From: Macrostomum lignano
Lineage: Eukaryota
Reading direction: 5' to 3'
NCBI GenBank assembly: GCA_002269645.1
Contig: NIVC01001856.1
Location: 165,695-229,694, forward strand
DNA length: 64,000 nt
Below are positions 49,952 through 61,689 of this stretch, in pieces (within the stretch, counting starts at the first letter, position 1; each line of letters begins with the position of its first letter). The translations under genes were made by a program, and so were the position numbers. Below the pieces are notes generated by a model. It was given only the letters and a program-made list of their open reading frames with translations. It was not told the origin of the DNA and did not search any database.

Positions 49952-51373
49952 TCAGCTACTCAGGCACAAATCCAAGTGACCATTGATGTCGGACTCTGGC
50001 ATTTGCCTGCTGCAAACTGGACAGCTGACCAGCTGCTGGCTGACTGCTCCTATGCTGGCGGCGCCACCGACGCCATTAAGAGCGCCACTGACGCCCTTAG
50101 GAGCGCCACCGACGCCATTAAGAGTGCCACCGACGCCACTAGGAGCGCCACCGACGCCATTAAGAGTGCCACTGACGCCATTAGGAGCGCCACCGACGCC
50201 CTTAAGAGTGCCACTGACGCCCTTAGGAGCGCCACCGACGCGACTAAGAGCGCCACCGACGCCATTACGAGGGCCACCGACGTTGTTATAGCGAGAGCTG
50301 CCACCGCTGCCGCCAAGTCGAATGCCGACACCAGGAAATGCGGCATCGGTGGTGCCGACGGCAGCAGACACGGCGGCGCTAACAGAGTCGGCAGAAGCGA
50401 CGCAAACGGCGCCATCTGATTCAGCAATAGCAGGTCGCCAAGATTTCGACTCCACAGAACCTACAGAAGGATCTGGGCCGCTGCTAGCAGGCGAGGCGGG
50501 AATGAACTGCCGAATGTCCGTCTGTCCAGCAGCCGGCCGCTTCGCTGGCCGCTCCCGTTGCTCATCTTTGCCGCCGTCGGCAGCCCGACTATTCTTCTTA
50601 GCCAACGGCTTCTTCTTATCGGCGAATCCTTCGGGCTCCTTGACTTTGACGAATCGGCCGCCGCAGTCGGCCTGATGACTGCGCCACCAGGTGTCGTTAG
50701 GCCCGGGCGCCCGGTTCATGGACCGGCGCACCCAGCCGTGGAATGGCGGCCGGTTCCGGCAGGGCCCCTCGCAGCGCCACCAGTGCTGCTTGTAGACGGC
50801 GACCTCGTCGTGAAAGCTGTGATAGACGGTGATGTTGGTGCCGGCAGCCGAGTTGATGCGGCGCATGTGCGCCAGAAACTGCGGCCCGTGCCCGTCACGG
50901 TCGCGATTATTGGCGGTGACAAACAGGTGCGCGTGAATCATCTCGTGCAGCAGGGTTTCGACTAAGTCGCGTCTGGGCCGCAGTTTGAGCAGCGGCTCGC
51001 TCAGTTTAATGCAGCAGAGGCCGCCGCGGCCCTCGTAGCAGCACAGGCCGGCGCACAGGGTCATGCGGGGGCTCCACTTCACCTCAACTGCGACCAGGCT
51101 GCCGCCGAAGTAGCGCCCGTTGAAGTCCAGAAACAGGGCGTGCACATTGGGCGTGGGGTCCACCAGCTCCCAGTTGGGGTCCACTAGCGAGCCGCCCAAC
51201 TCGTTGCTATTGGCAACGGCTGCCTTGCCTCTCTGCTTCGAGTCATCCTCCTCCTGCTCCTGGGAGGCCAGGCGCAGGCACAGCTCTCGGTCGGCCGCCT
51301 CCGACTGCTGCTCCTCCTGGCGGTCAAGCAGCTCGGCTTCCAGCTGCCACTGAAGCGCCTCTTCTGGGCTCCA
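49952..51373 (-). CDS. SPRTN: SprT-family DNA-protein crosslink protease Spartan/DVC1 (start codon not found in the genome)
   Basis: One open exon from acceptor cttcag|51373 to the stop at 49952. WELVDPTP..KWSPRMTLCAGLC..LSEPLLKLRPRRDLVETLLHEMIHAHLF (HEXXH), GHGPQF, YHSFHDEV..HWWRCEGPC, PIP-like QTDIRQF, SHP-like FPGVGIRLG, C-terminal UBZ4 CPVC..INGHLDLCL. Confidence 0.95.
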   Translation of the reverse strand, partial: WSPEEALQWQLEAELLDRQEEQQSEAADRELCLRLASQEQEEDDSKQRGKAAVANSNELGGSLVDPNWELVDPTPNVHALFLDFNGRYFGGSLVAVEVKWSPRMTLCAGLCCYEGRGGLCCIKLSEPLLKLRPRRDLVETLLHEMIHAHLFVTANNRDRDGHGPQFLAHMRRINSAAGTNITVYHSFHDEVAVYKQHWWRCEGPCRNRPPFHGWVRRSMNRAPGPNDTWWRSHQADCGGRFVKVKEPEGFADKKKPLAKKNSRAADGGKDEQRERPAKRPAAGQTDIRQFIPASPASSGPDPSVGSVESKSWRPAIAESDGAVCVASADSVSAAVSAAVGTTDAAFPGVGIRLGGSGGSSRYNNVGGPRNGVGGALSRVGGAPKGVSGTLKGVGGAPNGVSGTLNGVGGAPSGVGGTLNGVGGAPKGVSGALNGVGGAASIGAVSQQLVSCPVCSRQMPESDINGHLDLCLSS

Positions 51374-51411
51374 CTGAAGAGATTGGAGAGAGATCTGGTT
51401 ATGCGAAACTG

Positions 51412-51665
51412 ATAGTATGTAACTATGCTAGTATGTACCTATGATAGTATGTAACTATGCTAGTATGTACCTATGATAGTATGTAACTATGCTAGTATGT
51501 ACCTATGATAGTATGTAACTATGCTAGTATGTACCTATGATAGTATGTAACTATGCTAGTATGTACCTATGCTAGTATGTAACTATGATAGTATGTACCT
51601 ATGCTAGTATGTAACTATGATAGTATGTAACTATGCTAGTATGTAACTATGCTAGTATGTAAGTA
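51412..51665. repeat. 16-bp minisatellite with alternating variants (32-bp higher order)
   Basis: TAGTATGTAACTATGC alternating with TAGTATGTACCTATGA. Confidence 0.9.
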
Positions 51666-51714
51666 TGCAATACCGCAATAGACTAATAATAATTGATTAC
51701 GCTTGCCCTAAAGG

Positions 51715-51983
51715 CCAGATGTGCAACCGACAGCTCAGTCGCAGCTATCGCGCGGCGCATCTGAAGGCTGCGTACGGCTGTTCAGTCCAAGGACTGGGGG
51801 GGTCGCCACACACACCCTCAATTACCCCAGCCAATGCTGGCACCCATTTTACAGCTGTGTGAACAGAAGCAATGCAGAGTTAAGTGTCTTGCTCAAGGAT
51901 ACAAACTGTTCCAGTGGGATCAGGAATCGAACCCCCCACCTTCAAGTCGTGAGTCCGACGCTCTGACCACTAGGCTACAACCC
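51715..51983 (-). mobile_element. tRNA-derived SINE, family B, with a CORE(MIR)-like domain
   Basis: Minus strand GTAGCCTAGTGG (A box)..GGTTCGATTCC (B box)..CCTTGAGCAAGACACTTAACTCT..CAGCTGTAAAATGGG, resembling the CORE-SINE consensus. Second copy at 60840-61105. Confidence 0.75.
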
Positions 51984-52384
51984 CTAGTTGCATGACTGCG
52001 ATAGACTGCAATAGACTGCAATGCTGCAATATATCATTGCATCCAATACACCCTCATTAACTACCTCGATCAGCCTTTATTAACTTGTAACTTACGAATA
52101 AAAAATAAATATTGATAACAATAACAATCGAGCTGCATACAGCATCTTGCGCTGAAATGCGGAAGACAAATGGCTATTTATATAATTTTTTAAACAGAAC
52201 TAGCAGACACACTAAACTGGCGTACGCAAAAAATGCACAGATACAAATTGAAGCCAAAGAAGCTTAGATAAGATACAAAACTATCGAAAAAGATTCCGGC
52301 TGATCCTCCCAGATGGAGCCGCAGTCTAGCTCGATTGCTATCGTAAAATGAGTATGCTTTTTAAACTTCACGATATCTTCTCAA

Positions 52385-52772
52385 CATTGGGGTGGGGGCT
52401 GGCGAGGGAAGGAAATGCAGCTGCGTACATTGGGGTGGGGTCGGTGAGGGAAGGAAATGCGGCTGCGTACATTGGGGTGGGGGCTGGTGAGGGAAGGAAA
52501 TGCGGCTGCGTACATTGGGGTGGGGGCTGGTGAGGGAAGGAAATGCGGCTGCGTACATTGGGGTGGGGGCTGGTGAGGGAAGGAATGCGGCTGCGTACAT
52601 TAGGGTGGGGGCTGGTGAGGGAAGGAATGCAGCTGCGTACATTAGGGTGGGGGCTGGTGAGGGAAGGAAATGCGGCTGCATACATTAGGGTGGGGGCTGG
52701 TGAGGGAAGGAAATGCGGCTGCGTACATTAGGGTGGGGGCTGGTGAGAGAAGGAAATGCGGCTGCATATATT
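52385..52772. repeat. 42/43-bp G-rich minisatellite
   Basis: Unit GCTGCGTACATTGGGGTGGGGGCTGGTGAGGGAAGGAAATGCG. Confidence 0.9.
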
Positions 52773-52907
52773 GGGATGTTGGCTGTAACAAAATGAGTGT
52801 TATGAGCTGAAGTTATAGGATTTACATACTATCTAAAACTAAAAATAGATCAGCCAGTCATTAGCAATTTTCCGGAATTCGCTTGATTATTAAAAGCTGT
52901 CCCGTAG

Positions 52908-55900
52908 TCACAGATTGTCCCATTCGATCAGCAGGAATCTCCGCTTGCTCAGCTTAATCAGCGAGGCGCCGCAGCCGGGCAGGACGCAGCTGTCGCGACT
53001 CAGCGGCGCGTCCAAAGCCGCTTTCGACTCCGCCGCCGACGTGTGACGCCGCAGATTCAGTGTGACCCGACCGGCGGACAATGCCTGATTCACCTGGTCA
53101 GGCGTCATCTGGCCGAGGCTTCCGTTGCCGCCATCCTCGGCTAGCAGGGACAGCAGCAGCTGGCGCAGACTGACGCCGTCGCGCCAAGCCAGGCGACGCC
53201 GACACGAGCTCAACCGGTCGCCGCCGCGGCTGGGACTTTCCGACAGCACGCCGGCGGCCAGGTCAGCCGGGGTCAGGCTGGCCAGGGCGGCGGAATCTTC
53301 GCCGAATAGTATGCTGGTCCACTTGCGGGCCGCCGCCAGCCCGGCTTCTGGAGGGATTGGCATGGTTTGGGACTGAGATAAGAGACTGTGTACGTGGGGT
53401 GGGTAGGTTGGAGTGCGCATTGGGGTGGGGGTGGGTGGGTTGTAGTGTACATTGAGGTGGGTGTATATGGTGGGGTGGGTGGGTTGGAGTGCACATTGAG
53501 GTGGGTGTATATGGTGGGGTGGGTGGGTTGGAGTGTACATTGGGGTGGGCAGGTTGGAGTGCACATTGGGGTGGGTGGAGCTAGAGTGTATATGAAAGGG
53601 TGGCACCGTACACTAATGTGATTACACAGACCGGGCCGCAGTATTAAGCGAATCCCTCCCAGCTCCCTCACCCCCATGCAGCAGCAATGTGACGCCATCG
53701 GCCAGCGTAGTCTGCGCCTCGTACCGCTCCGGCGCCGCTGCGTGTCGTTCGCAGAGTTCGGCCACCTGCCGATCACTTAAAAATGTGAATAGACGAAGCA
53801 AACGGCCCACATCGGCATCTGGCGTGTTGCGCAATCTCTGCAAAGCGGATAGAAAAAACAGGAGCCAGTCAGGTAACTTCTCAATGAACGTCTTAGAGTC
53901 ACTCGCGTCGCCCCAGAGTCGCTTCAGATGACGCAGGTAAAATAGAAAAGGAGTGACTCTTAAGCGACTCTAAAACGAGATGTCACGGTACAAGTGGCCA
54001 AAAAATCGTTAGAGTCGCCCAAGAGTCAATTTGAGGTGTTTTGTTGTCCGCCACTCTGAAGCGACGATCTGGGGCGACGGTATGACGACTCTGGGGCCGT
54101 GGAGTCATAGTTGAGGCGTGTCAGAGCCCCTGCCTGTAGAGTCACAGAGTTGTGCATTTGAAGATCGAAGCGCATTTGCGTCGCATGATGAAGTTAAGTC
54201 ACAGGTTTAGAAACACAGAACGATTCTTGGACGGCTCTTTCGCGACTCTTTTACAATTCTACAAATCACGTGACGCGCTTGTGACGCAATAGTCACCTCT
54301 CCGTCGCATTAGACGCGTTTGAGTCGCTAAAAAGTTACAAAACCCGGGATTTTTCAATGCCATTCACATTAATCAGCCTCGCACCTGGTAAAGCGCAAAC
54401 GGTGAAGTTCGCTCGGAGCTCAGCCACACAGTGTCGGCCAGTTGGTCGCTTTTGCCCAGCTTCTGTCCATCGCTGGTGGTCAGCAGCGGCACGGTCAGAC
54501 CGAAGGCGAGGACGCCTGACTGCTCGAAGCGGCGCAGGCAGGTCAGGCCGGTGTCGATGTTGCCGGTCTGGTCGTTGCCGCCGATCTGATAAATTGGATA
54601 TATTTGAAAGATATTTAAAGCTAGTAATTACCATACACGCCATGAACTTAAGATAGATTTAGGCACCAACCTGCACCAGACATCCGTAAGTTTTGTACAA
54701 GTGCAACCAATCGTAGGCTTGGAACAGAGGATAGAGAAACTCCTTAACGCTCATGCCGTGCTTAGAATTCAGTCTAGTCTGCACTGAGTGCTTGCCTAGC
54801 AGATCGTGCAGCCGAGCGCCGCTTAGCTGACCGGAAAGAAATTCTGTGGCGCTCAAATTGGCATGCCAGGACTGGTTGTTGAGGACTCTGTGCAAGGGTT
54901 TTAATGAGTTGCAGAATAACAAATGCACACACAATATACACACAATAAGAAATTATTTATTGACTTAAACGTATTTGTTTTCGGAAGTTTTTTTCTATCC
55001 ATATCTCAGTACTTAATCATTATCCTAGCGTTCTATACTTATCTAGGAATTTTAATATTTATCCAGGTATTCCGATCTTTATCCTAGTAGTTCAATCTTT
55101 ATCCGGGTATTTTCAATATTTATCCAGGCATTTCAACCATTATCCAGGTACCGGTAGTTCAATCTTTATCCAAGTAGTTCAATCTTTATCCAAGTAGTTC
55201 AATCTTTATCCAAGTAGTTCAATCTTTATCCGGGTATTTTCAATATTTATCCAGGCATTTCAACCATTATCCAGGTACCGGTAGTTCAATCTTTATCCAT
55301 GTAGTTCAATCTTTATCCAAGTAGTTCAATCTTTATCCAAGTATTAGTTCAATCTTTATCCAAGTAGTTCAATCTTTATCCGGGTATTTTCAATATTTAT
55401 CCAGGCATTTCAACCATTATCCAGGTACCGGTAGTTCAATCTTTATCCAAGTAGTTCAATCTTTATCCAAGTAGTTCAATCTTTATCCAGGTAGTTTCAA
55501 TCTTTATCCAGGTATTTTCAAACTTGATCGATGTATTATCAATATTTATTCAGGTAGTTTAATCTCTGTCCAGGTATTTTCAATCTTTATCCAGGTATTT
55601 TTTAATCTTTATCCAGGTATTTCAATCTTTATACAGGTATTTCAATCCTTATCCAGGTATTTTCAATCCTTATCCAGGTACTTTCAATCTTTATCCAGGT
55701 ATTTTTTATCTTTATCCAGGCATTTTAATCTTTATCAAAGGTGTAAGTCCTTATACAAGCGTTTTTATCTATCTTTATCCAAGTGGTTTAATCGAGACCC
55801 AAGACAGTCGGACTGTGACTGGCCATGTTAATACGAGTAGACACAGACAACAGTGGCCAATGGTATGCTTGTGATTCACAAGCAGATTAGCCGCCTAAAG

Positions 55901-56436
55901 TTGGAGCAATCCAAGGCTATTCAGCATTAAGATGCGCTCGTAAATCATCATATATTCCAAACCAAGCTAGCGATGACAGGCCAATCAGAAAATGTAAACC
56001 GTACTTCGTAATTCAACAACTTTTTCGTACAATTAATACAGCAACTGCGACTACCAATATACGCTAGCATTGCCTGGCAACTTGATTGATGAGGCGTTGG
56101 GAGGCTGGAAATTGGCGGATCGGCGCTGGGCCTGCGCCTATAGTCATCTATATTAGGAGCTAATAATAATAATAATATGGTAAAAACAATACTAATACAT
56201 ATCTTTTTTGTCTAACGCGTTCTAGCCAATTATTATTTACGAAAGTCCGAAAGTCGACAGTGCATTCTCAGCCTAGACTATTATAAGTATTATCTACAGG
56301 CGTATGCAATATTACACATAATTTCTTGCTTACTAAATGGTGTATAATACAAGCAGTAACACTTGTGCTAGATAACTAATCATCGGTCTATTTGGTTAGA
56401 AAGACTGTAGTACGATAGAAGTGGAGCCATGAAATC

Positions 56437-56495
<59 letters not shown>

Positions 56496-56500
56496 TACTA

Positions 56501-56549
<49 letters not shown>

Positions 56550-56576
56550 CTAAGACAGACAGACAGACAGACACTA

Positions 56577-56629
<53 letters not shown>

Positions 56630-57341
56630 AACAGACAGATAGACACTGCGGAACTCACACGGCCTCGCCCGGACGCGCCCCATCACAGCAGAAATATTTC
56701 CCATGATTATCCGCAATGCCGGCCAGCTGCCGTCCAATGCTCGCCGAATTTTCTTCGACATCGCGCTCGGCCAGCCGGACCCGGTCGGACATTCGGCCGG
56801 ACGGATCGCCGATTCGGGCGGTGGCGCCGCCGACAACAAAGATGGCGCCGTGGCCAAGCGAGCGCAGCCGCAGCAGGCCAACAATGGCCAGCAAATTGCC
56901 CAGGTGCAAACTGTTGGCCGTCGGGTCGAAGCCGCAATAGAAATAGCGACCGCCGGACGCCGAATTCAGGTATTCGTTAAAGTACTTCTCACTGCGGAGG
57001 GTGGGTGAGGTCAATTGAGGTCACATGAGGTCATTTAAAGTTAATTGAGGTTAAATGAGATCATTTGAGGTCAGGTGAGGTCAGTTGAGGTTAAGTAAGG
57101 TCATTTGAGGTCAGCTCGAATGAGCTCGTCTCCCTACACCCTTCCTGGTTCCGCCAATACACAATCCTGTACATGTCCACATTGAAGATAAAAATCGCAA
57201 GGCGACAAACCTTTTCAAAGGCAGCACAGCCTGAAAGCAGCCGCGATCAAGCAGTGCCCGGACCGATTCGGCCGCGCTGCCACCGCCAGCGGACAGACAG
57301 CGGCGGCACAGGCGGCCAGGTAAATTTATTATTGGGCGCAT
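52908..57341 (-). CDS. YARS2: Mitochondrial tyrosyl-tRNA synthetase, 495 aa, 6 exons
   Basis: Exons 57341-57211, 56991-56659, 54887-54671, 54585-54385, 53837-53672 and 53347-52908 (1488 nt, phases consistent). [16 protein letters not shown] (HIGH), [41 protein letters not shown] (KMSKS), basic N-terminus like a mitochondrial presequence, C-terminus [14 protein letters not shown]. Confidence 0.95.
53388..53580. repeat. Degenerate G-rich repeat in YARS2 intron 5
   Basis: Recurrent GGGTGGGTTGGAGTG(C/T)ACATTG motifs. Confidence 0.8.
55035..55765. repeat. Degenerate roughly 20-bp repeat with a thrice-repeated higher-order block (YARS2 intron 2)
   Basis: TTCAATCTTTATCCA(A/G)GTA units. The block GGTATTTTCAATATTTATCCAGGCATTTCAACCATTATCCAGGTACCGGTAG recurs near 55106, 55233 and 55383. 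Confidence 0.85.
56436..56645. repeat. (GACA)n microsatellite in YARS2 intron 2
   Basis: GACA tetramer array. Confidence 0.95.
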
Positions 57342-57559
57342 AAAATATGCCAGTTGTTTGAAGTATAAATATTTAGGCTGTTTTATTAGATAGTATATTG
57401 CAGAAAAATTATGTAATGAAAAATCGCTACTGTTCTACTCCACTGCTACTGTGAGTACCAATTTCAACGCTTAAAAGGAATGCTGTTTGTTAAATTAATT
57501 CTGCTGCAAATTCTCACCGTTACTTGTGATATAACTGCTAGATTATTACTACCTAAACC

Positions 57560-57653
57560 CACACTACTGCTGCTACTACTGTTACTACCACTGCTACTAC
57601 TACTACTACTGCTACTACTATTACTACTATTACTACTACTGCTACTACTACTG

Positions 57654-57713
<60 letters not shown>

Positions 57714-57921
57714 TTACTACTACTACTAGTGCTACAACTACTACTACTACTACTGCTACTACTACTACTATTACTACTATTACTACTACTGCTACTACTA
57801 CTACTACTGCTGCTACTACTATTACTACTACTGCTACTACTACTACTAATACTAATACTACTACTATTACTACTACTGCTACTACTACTGCTACTACTAC
57901 TACTACTACTACTACTACTAT

Positions 57922-57952
<31 letters not shown>

Positions 57953-58037
57953 GCTACTACTACTACTACTGCTACTACTACTACTACTACTACTACTGCT
58001 ACTACTTCTACTACTGCTACTACTACTGCTACTACTG

Positions 58038-58075
<38 letters not shown>

Positions 58076-58076
58076 G

Positions 58077-58110
<34 letters not shown>

Positions 58111-58124
58111 TGCTACTACTACTG

Positions 58125-58156
<32 letters not shown>

Positions 58157-58157
58157 G

Positions 58158-58189
<32 letters not shown>

Positions 58190-58190
58190 G

Positions 58191-58249
<59 letters not shown>

Positions 58250-58250
58250 G

Positions 58251-58291
<41 letters not shown>

Positions 58292-58292
58292 G

Positions 58293-58324
<32 letters not shown>

Positions 58325-58337
58325 GCTACTACTACTG

Positions 58338-58384
<47 letters not shown>

Positions 58385-58405
58385 GCTACTAATACTACTA
58401 CTAAG
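57560..58405. repeat. (CTA)n microsatellite
   Basis: Trinucleotide array with CTG/TTA/ATA variants. It explains the poly-Leu ORF. Confidence 0.98.
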
Positions 58406-58969
58406 AGTAGCAGTAATTTTTAGTACTACAGATAAGAAAAATATAAAATTTAAGATAAAATATTATGCCAATGCAACTGCTACAAGATGTCGCAACTTGT
58501 TTGATTCCACTCCTGACTTCAGCCTAATAATAAAATCTGACTGAGCAGTTGCTGATCTGCTGATTTATTCAAAAAAACTCTCCGCTTAGCAAAAAAATTG
58601 AATCGCAGAAATTTCGGTGAAAATTTATTCTGGCGGTAACAAAATATGCTACAAAATATGTGTAAATAAAATAAAGCGGTAAGTTCTATAGAAAGCTTGA
58701 GTAAGCATTTCACTATGAATAATAAAATGAAGAAACCATTGAATTGTTATTTATGATCCTCCAAGACTTTCTCAGATTCAAATCTCATAATAAATGTAGA
58801 AAATGATTAAGTCAGCATTTAGAAAAAAAGAATAAGGAAGTCAATAGCGCATTGTGGCAACAGACACTCTCTTTAATTAAATAGTTTAGCACTGCATCTC
58901 TGTGCGACCAACTGCGTTTTTTCTGATTTCGTCTGCTAGAAAATTATATTTACCTCAGTCTCCCTGCTA

Positions 58970-59965
58970 ATAACTAATTAGCCTAACTCACAATCTCACC
59001 TGCTAAGAACCAATTAGCCTAACTCAAAATCTCACCTGCTAAGAACCAATTAGCCTAACTCAAAATCTCACCTGCTAAGAACCAATTAGCCTAACTCAAA
59101 ATCTCACCTGCTAAGAACCAATTAGCCTAACTCAAAATCTCACCTGCTAAGAACCAATTAGCCTAACTCAAAATCTCACCTGCTAAGAACCAATTAGCCT
59201 AACTCAAAATCTCACCTGCTAAGAACCAATTAGCCTAACTCAAAATCACACCTGCTAAGAACCAATTAGCCTAACTCAAAATCACACCTGCTAAGAACCA
59301 ATTAAGATACCTCAAAATCTCAACCGCTAGGCATCAAACTACATTAAAGTTTCACCTGCTAAGAACCAAGCTACTCAAAATCTCACCCGCTAGGCATCAA
59401 AATACCTCAAAATCTCACCCGCTAGGCACATCAAACTACCTCAAAATCTCACCCACTAGTCATCAAACTACCTTAAAATCTCACCCGCTAGTCATCAAAC
59501 TACCTCAAAATCTCACCCACTAGTCATCAAACTACCTTAAAATCTCACCCGCTAGTCATCAAACTACCTCAAAATCTCACCCGCTAGTCATCAAACTACC
59601 TCAAAATCTCACCCACTAGTCATCAAACTACCTTAAAATCTCACCCGCTAGTCATCAAACTACCTCAAAATCTCACCCGCTAGGCATCAAACTACCTTAA
59701 AATCTCACCCGCTAGTCATCAAACTACCTCAAAATCTCACCCGCTAGTCATCAAACTACCTCAAAATCTCACCCGCTAGGCATCAAACTACCTCAAAATC
59801 TCACCCGCTAGGAATCAAACTACCTTAAAATTTCACCCGCTAGGAATCAAACTACCTAAAAATCTCACCCGCTAGGCATCAAGCTATCTTAAAATTTCAC
59901 CTGCTAAGAACCAAGCTAATCAAAGTCTCACCCGCTAGGAATGAAGCCACCTCAAAATCTCACCC
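58970..59965. repeat. Minisatellite shifting from a 36-bp to a related 32-bp unit
   Basis: CCTAACTCAAAATCTCACCTGCTAAGAACCAATTAG (to about 59300), then AAACTACCTCAAAATCTCACCCGCTAGTCATC. Confidence 0.92.
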
Positions 59966-60446
59966 GTTGAAGATCAGTGTACCTCGAATTCCGCAAAAAT
60001 ATAGCTATCATCGTTAATATTGTTAGTGTTTGTCATGAAAACAGGCTCATTAAAGGTCGCACAGTTTAATTGGTCCATCAGGCATTTTGAATGCACGCAG
60101 CTATACAGAAAGCAGTAGATTTAACGGCTAGCAAATCAATTGAGTACAAATAAATACTGTAAAACTCAATTAAAGCGGCGGAAAGTACAACAAAAATGGA
60201 CATGGCTAGATAGATATAATATATGACGATTCATACTAAACCCACTAATGTATAATTCACATTAATACTGATATGTCAGTTTTCACTTGCAAATTATAGA
60301 GATATTTTTAATAGTAGGTAGCTACCGTATACATATACATAAATTTATAAAAAATTGTGGAGATACTGAATTGCATTAGAATACTTGTCAAATAATAACT
60401 ATTAATATTATTAATACGGTGTTGCAAAAGTTTACGGACTGTGTAT

Positions 60447-60810
60447 AGGGTCGCTGTAGCCCAGTGGTCTAGCGTGGCGCTCTGAAGTGCCAGCGGCCCA
60501 GGCTCGATTCCAAGTGCAGTCACATTAATTTGGGGCTAAATTGAAATCTCGGCTTGGCTCTGCTCGTGCAATTAACGCCATTGAGGCCCAACCCCCAAGG
60601 CACAGTGAAGTGTACATGCCTAACGATAAATAAAGTTAGGGCCGCTGTGCACTCTTGTGTGAGTGTGTGCCTGTGCGTGTGACTGCGTACGTATCCGCGC
60701 GCTTGTGTGCCTGCTCAGGGGAGTCGCGGAATGGGCAGTAATGCTTCTTGCCGGTTGTGTGACAATTTCGCTTAAAGTGCGCCAGGGTGCACGTAACCCC
60801 CCCCCTGCCT
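60447..60810 (+). mobile_element. tRNA-derived SINE, family A
   Basis: A box TAGCCCAGTGG and B box GGCTCGATTCC. Colinear with 27917-28260. Confidence 0.8.
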
Positions 60811-60839
60811 CTGATAAATAACTCCAGACTGTATGCTGC

Positions 60840-61105
60840 CACAGACAACTCGCTGGTTGAACATCGCAGGGAAAATGACGAGAAGGCGAGGCACAGAGCA
60901 ACTTGCACTTCGGCGCATTTGAAGGCTGCGTACGGCTGTTCAGTCCAAGGACTGGGGGTCGCCACACACCCTCAAATACTCCAGCTAATGCTGGCACCAT
61001 TTTACAGCTGGGTGAACTGAAGCAATGCAGAGTTAAGTGTCTTGCTCAAGGATACAAATTATTCAGAGTGGGTCGAGAATCGAACCCCTGACCACTAGGC
61101 AACAA
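60840..61105 (-). mobile_element. SINE family B copy with a deletion between the A and B boxes
   Basis: Colinear with 51755-51983 (GAAGGCTGCGTACGGCTGTTCAGTCCAAGGACTGGGGG..GTTAAGTGTCTTGCTCAAGGATACAAA). Sits tail-to-tail with the family A copy. Confidence 0.75.
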
Positions 61106-61689
61106 CGGCCCTCGTAGTAACGCTAACCTGATTAAGCTATCCATCCCTTTCATTAAAAAGCAAAGCAAAATGACCAGATTAAATTCCATTTTGAAAGCCA
61201 AAGAAACAAAGCAAACAACAAGAAACCGCAAAAACAAAGTTAGAAAAAATCAATAGCAGCGAAGAAGAAGAAAGAAGAACAAAGAATAAATTTTTAAACG
61301 TCATTTGAATTTGAATTGAAGTCATTAAAATTGTTCAAGTGTCAACCAATTCTCGCCGCAGGCACCAGAGACAAAAAATATGATTATCATATTCTCAGCT
61401 TCAAACAATTTCAAACCAACTCATTACTGTTCTCACTGTTGCATAAGTCAGTCAACTCAAAGTTAAAAAATCTTATTCTGAAGGCACAGAGTATCAGCTT
61501 ACTACGCCTAGCAACCTCGGGATTTGATAATAAGCATTGCTAAGGTATGCCGATTTATGCGGGTCGTTAAGCGATTTCAGGATCTCTGGCGGATTTGAAG
61601 TGGTTCTCAGGGAATGGATTCAAGGCTGTTTTACCGGGGCGATTAGAGCCGATATTTAGAGTAAGGTGGATTCGAGGCGCATTTTCATG

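Noticed and set aside
52908-57341. Bacterial-type TyrRS as possible horizontal transfer or contamination
   Set aside because: Five spliceosomal introns and a presequence-like N-terminus. Mitochondrial YARS2 is normally bacterial-like.
57480-58544. Poly-Leu ORF of 354 aa
   Set aside because: (CTA)n microsatellite.
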